The position numbers and the translations under genes are program-made. The notes below the pieces were generated by a model. The model searched no databases. It was not told where the DNA came from and worked only from the letters and a program-made list of their open reading frames with translations. 64,000 bases of DNA from Antedon mediterranea (lineage: Eukaryota; Animalia; Echinodermata). Shown piece after piece: positions 24,901 to 37,749 of this stretch (positions are counted from its first letter, which is position 1; every line of letters starts with the position of its first letter). The stretch spans positions 34,110,304-34,174,303 of the forward strand of contig NC_092671.1 of the NCBI RefSeq assembly GCF_964355755.1. The letters run 5' to 3'.

Positions 24901-27900
24901 TGTCTTCTAATTATTATGTCATGGTTTGCAATATACAGAGGTTAAGAGAAGATGACAAGAAAAAACAAGAAAATAAAGTGAGTGGCACTATTGCTGAACC
25001 AGAAGAAGCAAGTCCAATAAATTCCTCACACAAAGGTATGCAGTCTCTTTTTTGGGCCTTACCATGTTTTAAGGTAAATCTCTTATTCAGTAGTCTTGTG
25101 TGGGTTGATTGATATCACCACACATTCACTGTGGTAGGTAGAATTGCAATACAGATTTTGTCAATTTGTTTTAAATAATTTTGTTTTAATGTTTATAATA
25201 TAATGTGCATAATCTTCATCATATCTCAAGTAATGTCTATTGTGTTTAATGTCCTGCAAAATAGGGGTTTGGCTGTAGTGTTAAAGCATTATTTTCACTC
25301 CTTTCTTTAATGGGAAAAGTGTCCCCTTAATAGGAATGTTCCCTGATTATGTGTGTCCCAAATAAGTTTACCTGTAGTTAAAAATAATGAGTGCACACAT
25401 TAAACAACTTATTTATAAACATTCAAATGTCTCCATTTCTGTTTTTCTGTTCGATAGAGAAAAAAGGTGAAACATTGATTGAAAGAGTCATAAGAGCTGT
25501 TCGGAAAAAAATCATGAGGGTTTTGCCGATGGAAAGAAAAAAAGAAAAACATCAGGTTCAAAATTCAAAAGAATTTTACAAAAGAAGAAGAAATTGATAA
25601 CAGGAGGTGGAAATCTAGAACGTACCTAATACAGTTACAAACATTTAACCATTGCCTCCTCCACCCTTCGTCTTTGGTTTATTTAGTGTGTACATAATAA
25701 ATGACTTCTCTAATTTCAGTTTAAATCATTTATGTAGTGTTTTTAGAGAGAACAATTAATATTAAATCTGTGGTATCAGTATTACAATTATGTAGCAACT
25801 TCTTTAAACAAAAATTGTTTGCAGCAACATGTTAATCACCTTAGAACCTACATCGTGCTAAATGTACACAACACTTTATATTTATACAATGTATTAAATA
25901 AATGTATATTTGATTCGATTGTTATTACATATTAAATGAAGAACCCTGGTGCTTAACTATCCTTTGGCATTGATCTGTCACTTAATCTAATATCAATCAA
26001 GTTCATGTTGTAATTGGTTATTTTGCTTATTGAATTCCCATTTTCTTTTTTACTGTATCTTTATTGTATTTTGATTTTGATTATACAGAAATCAAGAGAA
26101 ATTGGGAGCAATATAGAGGAACATGAAGATTTTGGTATGAATTTGAATGGAATTAACATCTATTTTAATAGAGTAGTTAAACAATAATTATATGTAAATA
26201 CATGTGAATAGGATATGTATCATAATGTATATGTATAGTTTAATTTAGCATATTCATGTCATCATTATCCACAAGTTAGAAGTTGAGAAGTTATGAGTAG
26301 CTTTATGGTGTGTATAACATATAATTATTAGGAAAGACATGACATGCCTAAAGTATTACATCATGAATATTGTTCAATTATAAATTTATCAGCAGGTGAC
26401 GAATCTTCACTAGTCAAGCCTGCTACATCAATGACACAGGATATTCAAGAGAAGGTTCAAGAAGAGGTTCTTGAAATTGTTAAAAACATGTTTGAAAAAA
26501 AGAAATTGCAAGTAGAGAAGGATTTGTTGGAAAAGAGTGAAGAGTTACAAGAGACAATTGATGATCTGACTCTCAGCATCTGGGATTTTGCTGGACAAGA
26601 TCTTTATTACATTACTCACCAGGTAGTCACGGTCATATAGGCTGTATATGTTTTTCTTCAAATTATTAGCCCTCATTTTTTTAACTTCAGATATTTAACT
26701 GACCAGAATTCAAAATTAGGACAACTAATTCATTGTGCAAAATAAATTTAAAATGCCAGTGCAGGTCAGTTATTTCTAAGCTGATTTTATATAGTCCAGT
26801 TGATATATTGGCATCCATTAAAACTCTGTAGTTCCTTAAAATTTGAAATATTGAATTGAATATATATATATATATAAACTTTAATTAGACACGAGACTGA
26901 TGTGCAGTACAACTCATTCAATCAATAGTGATTGTTTTTACACAAGTTCGTGATATTACAAAAATACCAACACCATATAAATACGACAAAAAAAAGACAG
27001 AAAAAATTGAAATTGAACACAATGAATATTAAGGCAGGCTAAATTCCTATTTATACAAAAATAAAATTTATATAAAACATCCATGTCTATAAACTGAACT
27101 GGTTCAAATATCTGATCAGAAAAAGCTAATTCACTTATGTTTGTGTTTTTTTCATGTTTTCATGTAATTGTTTACATTTTTTTTTCTTAATCAAGTTAAG
27201 AATATGGGAAATTATTGCTTATTTAGTAATTATATTAAGTTGATTTTTTTTCATAGATGTTCTTGGTATCCCGTGCTATTTACATCATCTGTTTCAACCT
27301 CTGTCATGACCTCAATGCCCCATCTAGAGTAGAGGTTGTTCATAGAGATAATGGGAAGGTAGGTACAGATATTTCAAACAATAATTTGAAGAAATAGTTT
27401 ATTTCAAACAATAATTTGAAATAATTGTTTGATTTTATATATGTGAACTTTCTCTATGCAAAATAAATTTGATTTAATTGAACATAAAGTTATTTGACTT
27501 TGAGATTATATTGATAATAAGTGCATTTATTAATCGAGTAAGATTAACTAGTTTTAGTAACTTAACTAACATGAATTGTAGAGATTATGTTTAATAAAAG
27601 TAAAAGTGATACTATTATTTTATTTTGAATTGGCTTAAACCATATTTACTGCATCTTGCATAAGTTTATGGGGAAGTTTAGTATTTGTTATTATAACTTT
27701 CTACAATTATGTAACTATTGTTTAACATTGCATAGATTTCAGATGCTGACCACTATATGACCAACTTGGATCGTGTGCTTTTCTGGTCACATTCAATCTA
27801 CTCAAATACCAGTACAACAGACAATCCAGTGTCAAACCTGAAACAACTTTCACCGCCTATATTTATTGTGGGCACTCATAGAGAAAGTCTGCCAGGCAAT

Positions 27901-30900
27901 GATGAAGAGAGACAAGTTCTTGTGAGTATGATATTTAAGCTTCTACCATTAGGAACCAGCATGGGCAAACTTTATTTACATTATTTGCATTAAACATAAT
28001 AATAATAATAATAATTTTTACATCCATATTGTTATTTTGTAGACTGATGAAAAGTTTTCACTATTAAAGCAAGCATTTAAGGGGAAACCATATGCAGGTC
28101 ACATTGTGTTCAAGTACTATGCCATTGATAACAGTATCAGGTCACCATTGGATAAATCCATTATTGAACTTAGAGATCATATCACAGAGGTGACTAAGAA
28201 TGAACCATATATGGGCGAGAAGATGCCATTAAAATGGTTGAATTTCTTGCATGAAATTGAACAAATACGTGCACAGAATGAACACTCAATTACCTTCAAG
28301 CAGGCAAGTATAATTTATGTATGTACACCATAAGGGATGGATATACTACCCTGTGGAGGAAAAATAATTTTGGTAGTTATTGCTTTTGTCATGAACAGAA
28401 AAAAAGAGATAAAAGAATGGTTTATAATGTTATAATCCAGTTTAGTTCTTCACTTTTTGTAACAAAATCCAGGTAAATGAGCTGTTTCCAGTTCACAGTT
28501 CATTTAGCAGCATGCATCACATTTACCTCTGTAAGTTGGAACAGAGGCAAGCAATAAAAAGAGCGGTTTTTTTGAAAACACAATTGTAATCAAACATGTT
28601 TGTTTCCATGTGTGATGATGTATTTTGTTCACTTCCTTTTCATAGTTACTTATCTTTTTTAGTCAACATTTTATTTTTGTTGGTAGGTACCAATTCTCTA
28701 AATGTTTATGTATTTGATTTTATATGTTGCTTATATTTGAATTGTGTATTCAAATTTCAGGTAAGCAAACTAGCTTCCAAGTGTCATATCACTAAACGGG
28801 ATCAATTGTTTGCTATGTTGCATTTTCATCATGACCTTGGTAACATAGTTTACTATGGAGAACGAGATGCAGCGGATAGCGCCCTCAATGATATCATCAT
28901 TATAATACCGCAATGGTTGATTTTCATTTTCAAGCTAGTTATCACAGTTAAAGATTCTTCAGATCAAGTATGAGATTTTTATTTATTTTTATTTACTGTA
29001 TTTGTGTTGGAATAAAGATTTTTTATTTCTGCGAAATATACATTTAACAAGTCCTTAACTCAAAGGTTCACCTAATATATTTTGGCTGATATTATAACTT
29101 TTCGTAATTATCAGTCAAAATTGTAAAAACATAATTTTTAGCAGCCTAAAGCGTGGTTCCCACTAGCGACGCAACGCAAGGACGTAACGCAACGCAAGTG
29201 AATTGACCAATCACAAGCGATGGCTTATTCGCTTGTGATTGATAACTGTCTATAACTTCGCTTGTCATTGGTTAAAATGCTTGCGTTGCGTTTACGTCCT
29301 AGTGGGAACCAAGCTTTATAATACCATTTATTTTTTCAATACTGTCTGCTTGCATAAGTAAGTTGTATACTATTTAAAGATGTATTGTCCCTTTGACTAA
29401 TTTCAAAAAAATAAAGATTTAAAAAAAAGTGGGTCATTTTGAAGTATCATAATAGTTATTAGCTTTCACCAAAAATTAGTCGAAATAAAAAAATCATTTA
29501 ACTGAAATACAGACGTTTTTTTGTTCAAAAAATAACATTGACTTCCATTCAAAGTTTTTGATCAAAACATATCTCATAATGCAACGTGCTTGTTTGGCTA
29601 CTCTGTATGCATAATCTTAAAACTTCCTCGCGATCTGTGTGAAAACACCTTCTCAACCGTGACGAGTTGTAAACAATCCTAATTAGCATCATGCATAATG
29701 CATACTCGTGTTTTGTAATCTTTGTTTACTTTTGCTCACGACGATTTTCCAGACGAAATGTAATAAATTAATTTACCTGTTAATTACGTAAACTTTTTGT
29801 TTTTGGCTCAAATTTTCGACTTAAAGTGAATTACTTTGATATGGCCAATTTTAATTTAGAATATTTTGACCTTCATTTTTTGTGTTTCAATGGACAATAC
29901 ATCTTTAAACTCTATTTTACATTATTTTTAATCCTGCTTTTGTAGTGGGCAGAGTTTAGAAGCTCTTGGGAAAAACTTGATAAAGAGGGTGTCCTAGAGG
30001 TGAGACTACTTAGACGTATGTGGCAAGACTTTCTTGAGAAATTTGAAGCATTGTTAGAGCTGATGCAGAAGTTTGACTTACTGTGTGTCAAGACTCAAGC
30101 AATTAAGGTATAGTTAGGGTAGCGGTGAAGAAAATGTTCTGCATGGTTTTAAATCATTTGCTTCACAGAATTATGTAAATATATAGCACCCAATTCAACC
30201 AAGAAGCATCAATAGTATGTTAAGATAATTATTAATAATGCTATTATAACTATCAAAAAGGCAACAGGTACTGAAGACAATCGCCTCTTCTATGTGCCAT
30301 CACTACTAAAGAAGAATGAAGGTGATGAACTGGTGTCTCTCGAGAAACTCACAATGTCAAAGACTGCTGCAGATCTTTACGTTGACTTTGCTGGTTTCCT
30401 ACCTGAAGGACTGTACTATCGACTCGTAGTAAGAATTGTACATTGGTCACAACAGAGGAAGCTTGATGAGGGATATAATCCTAGGCTCTTTTACCAGCAG
30501 GTGAAAGTATACATTGATCAGAATCATGATGCAATCATCAGGATCCTGCCTGAAAAAAGATCTTGTATCCAGGTAGGCTAGCAATAGTTACAACAAGAAT
30601 ATGCATGTTTTAAATCCTAATAACTAAAGTCTTTTAACTGAAACTCCAAACAAATATTTCTTTTCATCCAATCTATGAATGATGAAATGATTTAGATCAT
30701 TAAAAGTCATAGGAATTGTGATTTGTTTTTAAAACCAATTAACTTTCTTTTTGACACAAACTATTTGTATTGACAATTAAACTATTGGATGTTTTAATTA
30801 AAAGTAATTTAATTGATACACATGGTTATTTAAATAATAATTATCGTCTCAATCAAGTTATCATCAGAATACACAACGCAAAGTCCAATATTTCTTTATA

Positions 30901-32209
30901 GGTTGTTATTTACAGACTTAAAGTGGGCGGTACACAGCTTGAACCATCTCCACGTGTCTGCAAAGAGGTATGTGTTGGATTACAGCTCTTTTTATTTGAA
31001 TGTTCTAGAGTATAAATTGAAAGTATTTTAACAACAAAAAAGTAGACTGCAAGTAAAGGCATTTTGTGTGTATGTTAGCTTAAACTTAAAACCAAACAGT
31101 AATATATCAATGCATTTTCTTAGGTTAAACTTAAAACAAAAAACAAATACCTTCCAATTATACCTTAGCTTGTATTTCTGATTTACAGGTACTTAAACTC
31201 ATTGAAGCAAATCTACTGGACATTGGTCACAAATGGATGAAACGTGTTGTGTCTAACGTATGTGCTCTGTGCAACGTCTGTCCTATGGAGAACATCCACT
31301 TGCACAAACTAAAAGATTGCATGCAGTCTACGCCTCGATGTGGGCCAGATGAAGGAATGGATACTTCCAAAATCAGACGTTTGTTTGCAAATCACAAAAC
31401 AAATCCAGGTACTGCATGAAACCATTCTTGTTCAGTAATATGTCACAGGTACCATGTAACACGTTTCTTTTTAAATTGTTGTATATAATAAATCAATTGA
31501 CTATGATTAAAATGGGTCCACGTATAAATCGGGTACTAAAATGAGTCTCAGTGTCTATAATTTCCCTGGAATCATAGGGAAATTTTGTCCAATATTGTCC
31601 TACCTTCACATGATATACACACGCTGCTTGTGATACACATGTGACACACGAGAGATGATGTATTACGGAATTTGCCCATAACATTGGACAAACAATGAAA
31701 TATTGAGAAGCAGTACTGATAATTGGGTTTCTCAGTGGCATATTCTATTGTTATCTATTTTTCCCCAAAACAATTGTCTTAAATATAACAAAACATTGAA
31801 GTTAATTATAAAAAAATAATTATTTTGTATTATTTCAGCTTTCCAGGCCACTGCTACTCAAGGAAACTCAAATGTTCCAGGGTTTCTGCGATTTCTCATT
31901 GGCATCTATAAAGACATTCCATCACCAATCTTGCCATTAGAAGTTATGACACAGATTTGTGTTCGTCTGGACCCTCTTCGCTCAACAGACTACAATGACT
32001 GGCGTGGCGTAGCATGTAAGGTTGGCTATGATTGTTACATAGACTACATCATGAGCATGAGCTGTGTATCAATGATCAATAGCCCTACTATGTGTGTAAT
32101 GCATGGATGGTATGAGAAAGGTTTGTCATTGAACGATTTTAAGGAGTGTATGATTGAAATGAATCGTCATGATGTTGTAAGTATAATTGATGAACATCTT
32201 AACCTGTAA
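21461..32209 (+). CDS. Spliced DED-DED-ROC-COR-death domain ROCO gene (no LRR or kinase), with P-loop deletion and DED2 frameshift; possibly a pseudogene
   Basis: Exons with AG/GT (one GC) boundaries, phase-consistent except the uncertain 25555 donor: 21461-21916, 22167-22190, 22610-22763, 23618-23718, 24741-24832, 24939-25035, 25458-about 25555, 26089-26134, 26396-26622, 27257-27358, 27736-27921, 28043-28303, 28761-28967, 29946-30107, 30261-30572, 30902-30967, 31189-31408, 31839-32209. ROC motifs RLMLVGQERV(GK)TSL, TDGI, IWDFAGQDLYY, IVGTHRE. COR motifs MPLKWL, LHFHHDLG, PQWL, MQKFDL, FYVPSLL, FLPEGLYYRL. AATAAA at about 32290. Confidence 0.85.
22610..22763 (+). CDS. ROCO exon: pre-ROC helix and G1/P-loop
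   Basis: VPLEVLARG..AIQEG..RLMLVGQERVETSL. Confidence 0.85.
22930..23310 (+). mobile_element. Helitron-like element copy 3 (intronic)
   Basis: Similar to 2507-2885 with the A|TC start. Confidence 0.65.
23308..23494 (-). mobile_element. DNA transposon end fragment (paralog at 43810-44020, +)
   Basis: atgtggcacatgcaaggga..ataagtcg terminus, similar in style to the 14276 element TIR. Confidence 0.55.
26396..26622 (+). CDS. ROCO exon with ROC G3/switch II
   Basis: LTLSIWDFAGQDLYYITHQ. Confidence 0.88.
29150..29315. mobile_element. PIF/Harbinger-type MITE (intronic); decayed relative at about 35800-35900
   Basis: TIR agcgtggttcccactag / ctagtgggaaccaagct, flanked by TAA and TTA. Confidence 0.8.
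29378..29904. mobile_element. Kolobok-like MITE (intronic)
   Basis: TTAA TSD at 29374-77 and 29905-08; TIR agatgtattgtcc / ggacaatacatct. Confidence 0.8.
31839..32209 (+). CDS. ROCO last exon: MyD88-like death domain
   Basis: LPLEV..ICVRLDP..NDWRGVACKVGY..SPTMCVMHGW..LSLNDFKECMIEMNRHDVVSII. Confidence 0.85.
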
Positions 32210-33227
32210 AGATGGATGAACAAAGTAGAATGATGAATAACAGTTTACTGTATTTATTCAGAGAGTTATGTAGAATCAAAATCAATTCTAATAAATTTTA
32301 TAAACTCAAAGACACATCTTTTCAAACAGAAGCTTAACTCAAGAGACACATTTCTAAAGAATCCAAATATTGATATTGATTTATATATACATTCCGCTTT
32401 AATGTTTAAATGTATTTTTCAACTAATATTGTTTGAATATATTGAAATAAGCAATGAAATTAATATGCAAATCTTACAAATATTATTATAATTTGAGAAA
32501 CAATAATGAAACAAAGTACTATAGGCACTGCAGCACTAGGTTGTGAAGTTGCAGTGAAAATACATAAGAGAAAATATTTATGAGAGTACTGGTTCTGGTT
32601 TAATGAAATTAAATCACTTCTTCGGAGCTTGAGATGCCGGTAAAATCCAGAAACTAATTTGCATAACAAACTTTGTTTCACAAAAATATCTTCACTAATA
32701 GTTTGTACTTAACTTCGAATAAGGATTTCTTACAAAACATCGTCTATTTTAACTAAAACTTATAACTTAACTAAATCAATCATTCTGTTTAGTATGTGTT
32801 AGATTTCTATATTTTCAAATAAGAAGCAAATAATACAAGTATCACAATGTGTTTTTCAAGGATATTATCACCCATGATTATATTGGTAAGTAAATGTATA
32901 ACCAGCTTTTGTCTGTAACTTTACATAACCAATGTTTGTGTATAAGTTTATTATCTTATGTGTCCCATTACATTAGTACTACTGTTAGATTAGTTGCATT
33001 AGTTGTAAACATTAGCTTAAAAAAATACTTTCCAAATTGTTTTAAAACAGTATTGCAGGCCCGTAACCAGGGGGGGATCGGGGGGATCGTATGATCCCTC
33101 CCCCCCCCCCCCCCCCCGCTGAACAGCGAGTTCCGCTTGGCCTCCCACTTTTTTTTTTGCTGGGCATACTAACACAACACGACGATTGTTCACTACAGGC
33201 CTAGTCAAGCCTTAATAAATTTAATTA

Positions 33228-33249
33228 ATATATATATATATATATTTAA

Positions 33250-33312
<63 letters not shown>
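33228..33312. repeat. (TA)n microsatellite
   Basis: Direct reading. Confidence 0.95.
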
Positions 33313-33315
<3 letters not shown>

Positions 33316-36300
33316 CTAAAATATAAAAAACCTAACACTAAAATTTACAAGATAAGTTCTATTTGATAACTGCTGAACATCGTGGTTCTGGAGCTAGCGA
33401 GCTGTACACAGAGCATAGTTGTTGTTTGGTTGACATAACAGGGTATTCCCCTACACAGGTCTCCGCGTGCGTGTGTGACGTGCCCAGCCAGCTGCTTGAT
33501 AGAGAAAGCATGCAGCTCACACGGACGCAAGTGCAAGATGCAATGGTTGAGTGAATTCAGGGATCATCTTAATTCCATGGTTTTTTACCTAAACACCACA
33601 TGATGGTGAATATGCCTGTTAAAGTCTCAATGATACGATCCCTAATGTACCATGTTGTTGCTAGGAGGCTTGAAAGGAGGAGGGATCTAGCCTAATTTCG
33701 GTCGGCAAGAGAATGCCGTCCTCTGACAATATAGTTCATAAACAAAAGAGAATAGCCGGAAATGCGATTTGCGGCCATAGGCCTATAGAGAAAAAAAAAT
33801 CGAGGGTATGGTTCCAGTGGCGAATCTAGCGGGGGCGTATTTTTTTTTTAAATTAAATAGATTTTAAAAACACGTATCGTTTCGACGGTCATAGTACGTC
33901 GGAGCACATCGTCAGCTTGATCGCATTCCACCAAGCATGTACGTCGACATCCTTTGTGTACTATCAATCTCTAGCGTTACCAACGATCATTCACAGTTAT
34001 GTGTAAAAGGAGCAAGCTGATAAAAGCCACGTGGTGAGCTTGGTCGCGTTCCACTAAGCAGGTCGGCATCCTTTGTGATCGTCACTCCCGTATTGTGGAG
34101 TAGCGGTACCTCAGACGATCAATAGAGTTGATGAAGCCACATGGTCAGTGCTACTATACTACGCGCCCATTTATTAAGTACAATAAAAACAAAGGCTAGG
34201 ACTGTAAGCCTATGAAAATTATCCCGTTAGGGCTAAATTTTATTAAAACGTATTACTATTAAAATATTAACAATGCTGCAGCATTTCATGACCCTTGTTG
34301 TTTTATTTGCTTTCCCGTCGATGATTCTCATAAACACATCGCGATGAACAATGCACTTTTTACCGTGTTTGTGATGTTTGTGTTAATATTTTGTGTGAAT
34401 GTTTATAAGTTGCAACAATTGTTTGATTTTCATTTTCCATACATTTAATAGCCATTTAGTTTTCAAATCAATTATAACAAATCACTATATTTACAGTATC
34501 ATATGAAACAAAGATTTCCTTTATAATAGTAAATCTGAGGTAAACCAGATGGCAATTCTAATTAGGTTATATATTTCATTTCTTCATATTACCTTAACAT
34601 ATTATCTTCATATTTCTTACTTAATTATTTGGCATTTAATTAGCATTAATTATTATATTATATTTTTTGTTTCACTAATCCACTTGTATTATAATTGTAA
34701 ACCAATAAAGATTCATTCAATACATTAACAGTTTTAAGGTGTTTTACATTTGATATGTTCTAATACTTTATATGTTATTAGCATAACATGAATGCTTATT
34801 TTATTAATGTCGTTATATCTACCAGAAGTCATTTTACAAATGTAAGTTTACAATGGTTGTGGTGGCACTGGTTAAACATCTCTAAAAGCAATATTAAGAA
34901 ACAAATGTATTACGAATCACATTTGGTGTAAAAACAATAATCAAAATAATACAAATACATAATACATAGATAGGTATGTATTAATATTTGACGTGTTTAC
35001 AAATGATCGAAATCGATTATTAAATAAAGCTTTAAATTACCAATACATTTAACCTATATTTTGTATATAATTTTTTACGTTAAACCATTCATGAATACGT
35101 ACGTGTGCAACGTTTCGACTTGTTTTCAAAAATCTTCATCTGGCAATGACTAAATGGAAAATGTTAAATATTTTTTTATCAATTATTATAAAAAAATTTC
35201 ACATTGCAAAATCCGAATAATGAAAGAATATTTATGGATCAGAAAAAAACCAAAATACCATGAATGGGATGACAGTGGATGTTCAATATATTACAAATGA
35301 TTTAACGTAAAGAATTATACAGATAGTTAATATAAAACATTTTTCGAAAAACAAAATCTACCTTTTAAAGTACATACATAATTTAAAACAACATTAAATA
35401 TCTAGTAACAAACTCAATACCCTTTTTAATAGTAGCTGTACTGAGAAGTAATAGGTGTAATTTTTGAGTAAGTAAACTTACATGTTCATATTTCACAGAC
35501 GTCCCAACTCTCTCTCGAAAAGTGTTGGCATTTTCCGACTATTGGGTATATCATGCTCTTCTGTTAAATGTCATTCCTTCCGACATTTTGGGTAAACCGA
35601 AGAATTATCTCGATATGTATACATTGTGAATAAACTAGATAGTGATGAAATAATAGAAAATATACTAAAATCGACCTTTGATTATTCACTATTATAGATG
35701 TATTTTTAAACTTTTATAGCTCCCCCATGTATTATACCTTAATTTATCTTATGAAGACGTCAAGTATTAACAATTTCGTTCCCGATAATTTCAATTACAA
35801 TTGACGTAGACCCAACGCAAGCAAATTGACCAATGACAAGTGACTGTTCAAATTATCCGTTGATTGTGATTAGTCAACTCGCTTACGTCATTGCGTTGTA
35901 TCTCCTCATAAAAAACCTGGAATCGCTATTCTTGATCATTTACATGTTCACCCACAAAAATGTGTCTTAATTCAATCAGGTTTGTACGACCATACCAAGT
36001 AATACACCATACCGTGTCGGTCTCCCATGAGTTAACCAAAGTCGGCTTCATGACGAATTTTATTATCACGTGACCCGTTTTAAAAAAACCCATAAGAACG
36101 GAATCTTTATTAAATGGTATCGTGGTAGGCCTATGCCGTTCTCTATCTTAACGACATAATCCCATCGTCAATTTCGTTTTCAATATTAGGACAAAGGTTT
36201 ATTTGCATTTTACGAGAATCAGTGTCGATAACAGACGGAGATCTGTACTATCTTTTGTAAATGGCAAACCCGTGTTTTGTAAAAGACTACTGTATTTTTG

Positions 36301-36814
36301 TTAACAGAAAACCTATAGTTTTTTCTTTTATTAAAAACATTATGGGTTTGAAACGATTGATATTAAACTAAAGTTCTTGAATAATATAAATCAAATCTTT
36401 GTCATATATGTTGTTTTTATCACTAAGTATCTTATCTGTCAATATTTGATCTACCATAGCATAAAATGACGCAGTTTCTCAATAGACAATTTCCAGATTA
36501 CACAGTACAAAACTTGTGTTTGTATAGTCTAGGGAGTCACGGACAGACAATAAAACTACAGTGACGTTTTCTAAATCTCGATTGATTTCTAAGTGAGTAT
36601 AACACAGTGAATAAGTCAAGTTAAACCAAGTCTTTGTTAAGGTGGATGTTTTTACCTGAAAGAAATACTAGGAAAAAACAATTTGTATATCGTTCACGTC
36701 TAAGCCCGGTGAAAGCCAAACAATGGCGTCAAAAACCCATAGAAACGGGACTAATAAAGGAATGTACAGTGCTGCACAGGCTGACGGTGACGAAATCAGC
36801 AGGATGAACGGGCA

Positions 36815-37749
36815 GCGATTTTTTTTTCGTACATAAGTTGGGGACCCCCTCATGAAACGTCACAAAATAAACATGAATAATTCATCTGTTAAATTTTCTT
36901 GTTCCGTGTGCACCCAAGCGTATAGCAACAAGAAGTGATTACACAAGTGCGGTACGATTCTAGGCCTATCTCCGCTGTTGTTGCGGCGTGCGATTTCATA
37001 GAAGAATAGCGGCGTTTTGTGTGGATTGTCGAAATAATCAGCCTTTAGTTTATGGTGTTTTTAATATAATTTATTACTAAAGAATTACGTGTTAAAACTA
37101 TAGTTTCTTCTATTAATACTATTAGGTCTAATTATTAGTCTCTAAACCCATGTCTATTCTAGTAGTAGTAGCTGTGTGGGTGTGTGTGACGTGTGTGTGT
37201 TAGGTATGACCAAAGATAGTTACACTTACTATCTTTGGTATGACACAATCCGAGTAATAAGTCAGCAAAATTAAACAATAAACATTACACAAAAATACAT
37301 TTTTTATTCTCGTGGGTCAAATCTTCCCATCTCATGTGTTCATATACGCGCATTTTTAAAATTCCTTTGAGTACATGCATATTGTTTGATAATAAAATAG
37401 CAGAATTAAAAAAATACAGTACACAAATTATACACATTCTTTATTCTTGTGGGTCTAAGCTTTCTTTGGGCTATGTCCAATGAATTACTACTTAGTTTAA
37501 TGTCTTGCCTAGCTGTCGATTAGCCTCGACACATTTTGTGTGAAGAAGAGTGTGCGAGGGCAATCACGTGAATTGACTTGGAATCCTAGGCCTGCTGTAG
37601 AAAGTATCGTATCGCAGTTGTGTAATCACTTCTTGTTGCTATACGCTTGGGTGCACATGGAACAACAAATTTAACTGATGAATTATTCATGTTTATTTTG
37701 TGACGTTTCATGAAGGGGTCCCCAACTTATGTACGAAATAAAAAATCGC
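36815..37749. mobile_element. Mutator/MULE-like MITE (935 bp) inserted in Tx1 ORF1
   Basis: About 145-bp TIRs starting GCGATTTTT; 9-bp TSD gaacgggca at 36806-14 and 37750-58. Confidence 0.85.

Noticed and set aside
21461-32209. Gene symbol LRRK2, DAPK1 or MFHAS1
   Set aside because: It shares only ROC-COR (and DD with DAPK1); no kinase, LRR or ankyrin exons were found, so orthology is unsupported.
33055-33850. hAT-like ends (caggcccgtaaccagggg at about 33057, cagtggcgaatctag at about 33815) and a possible minus-strand exon
   Set aside because: No matching opposite TIR or TSD, and no recognisable protein.
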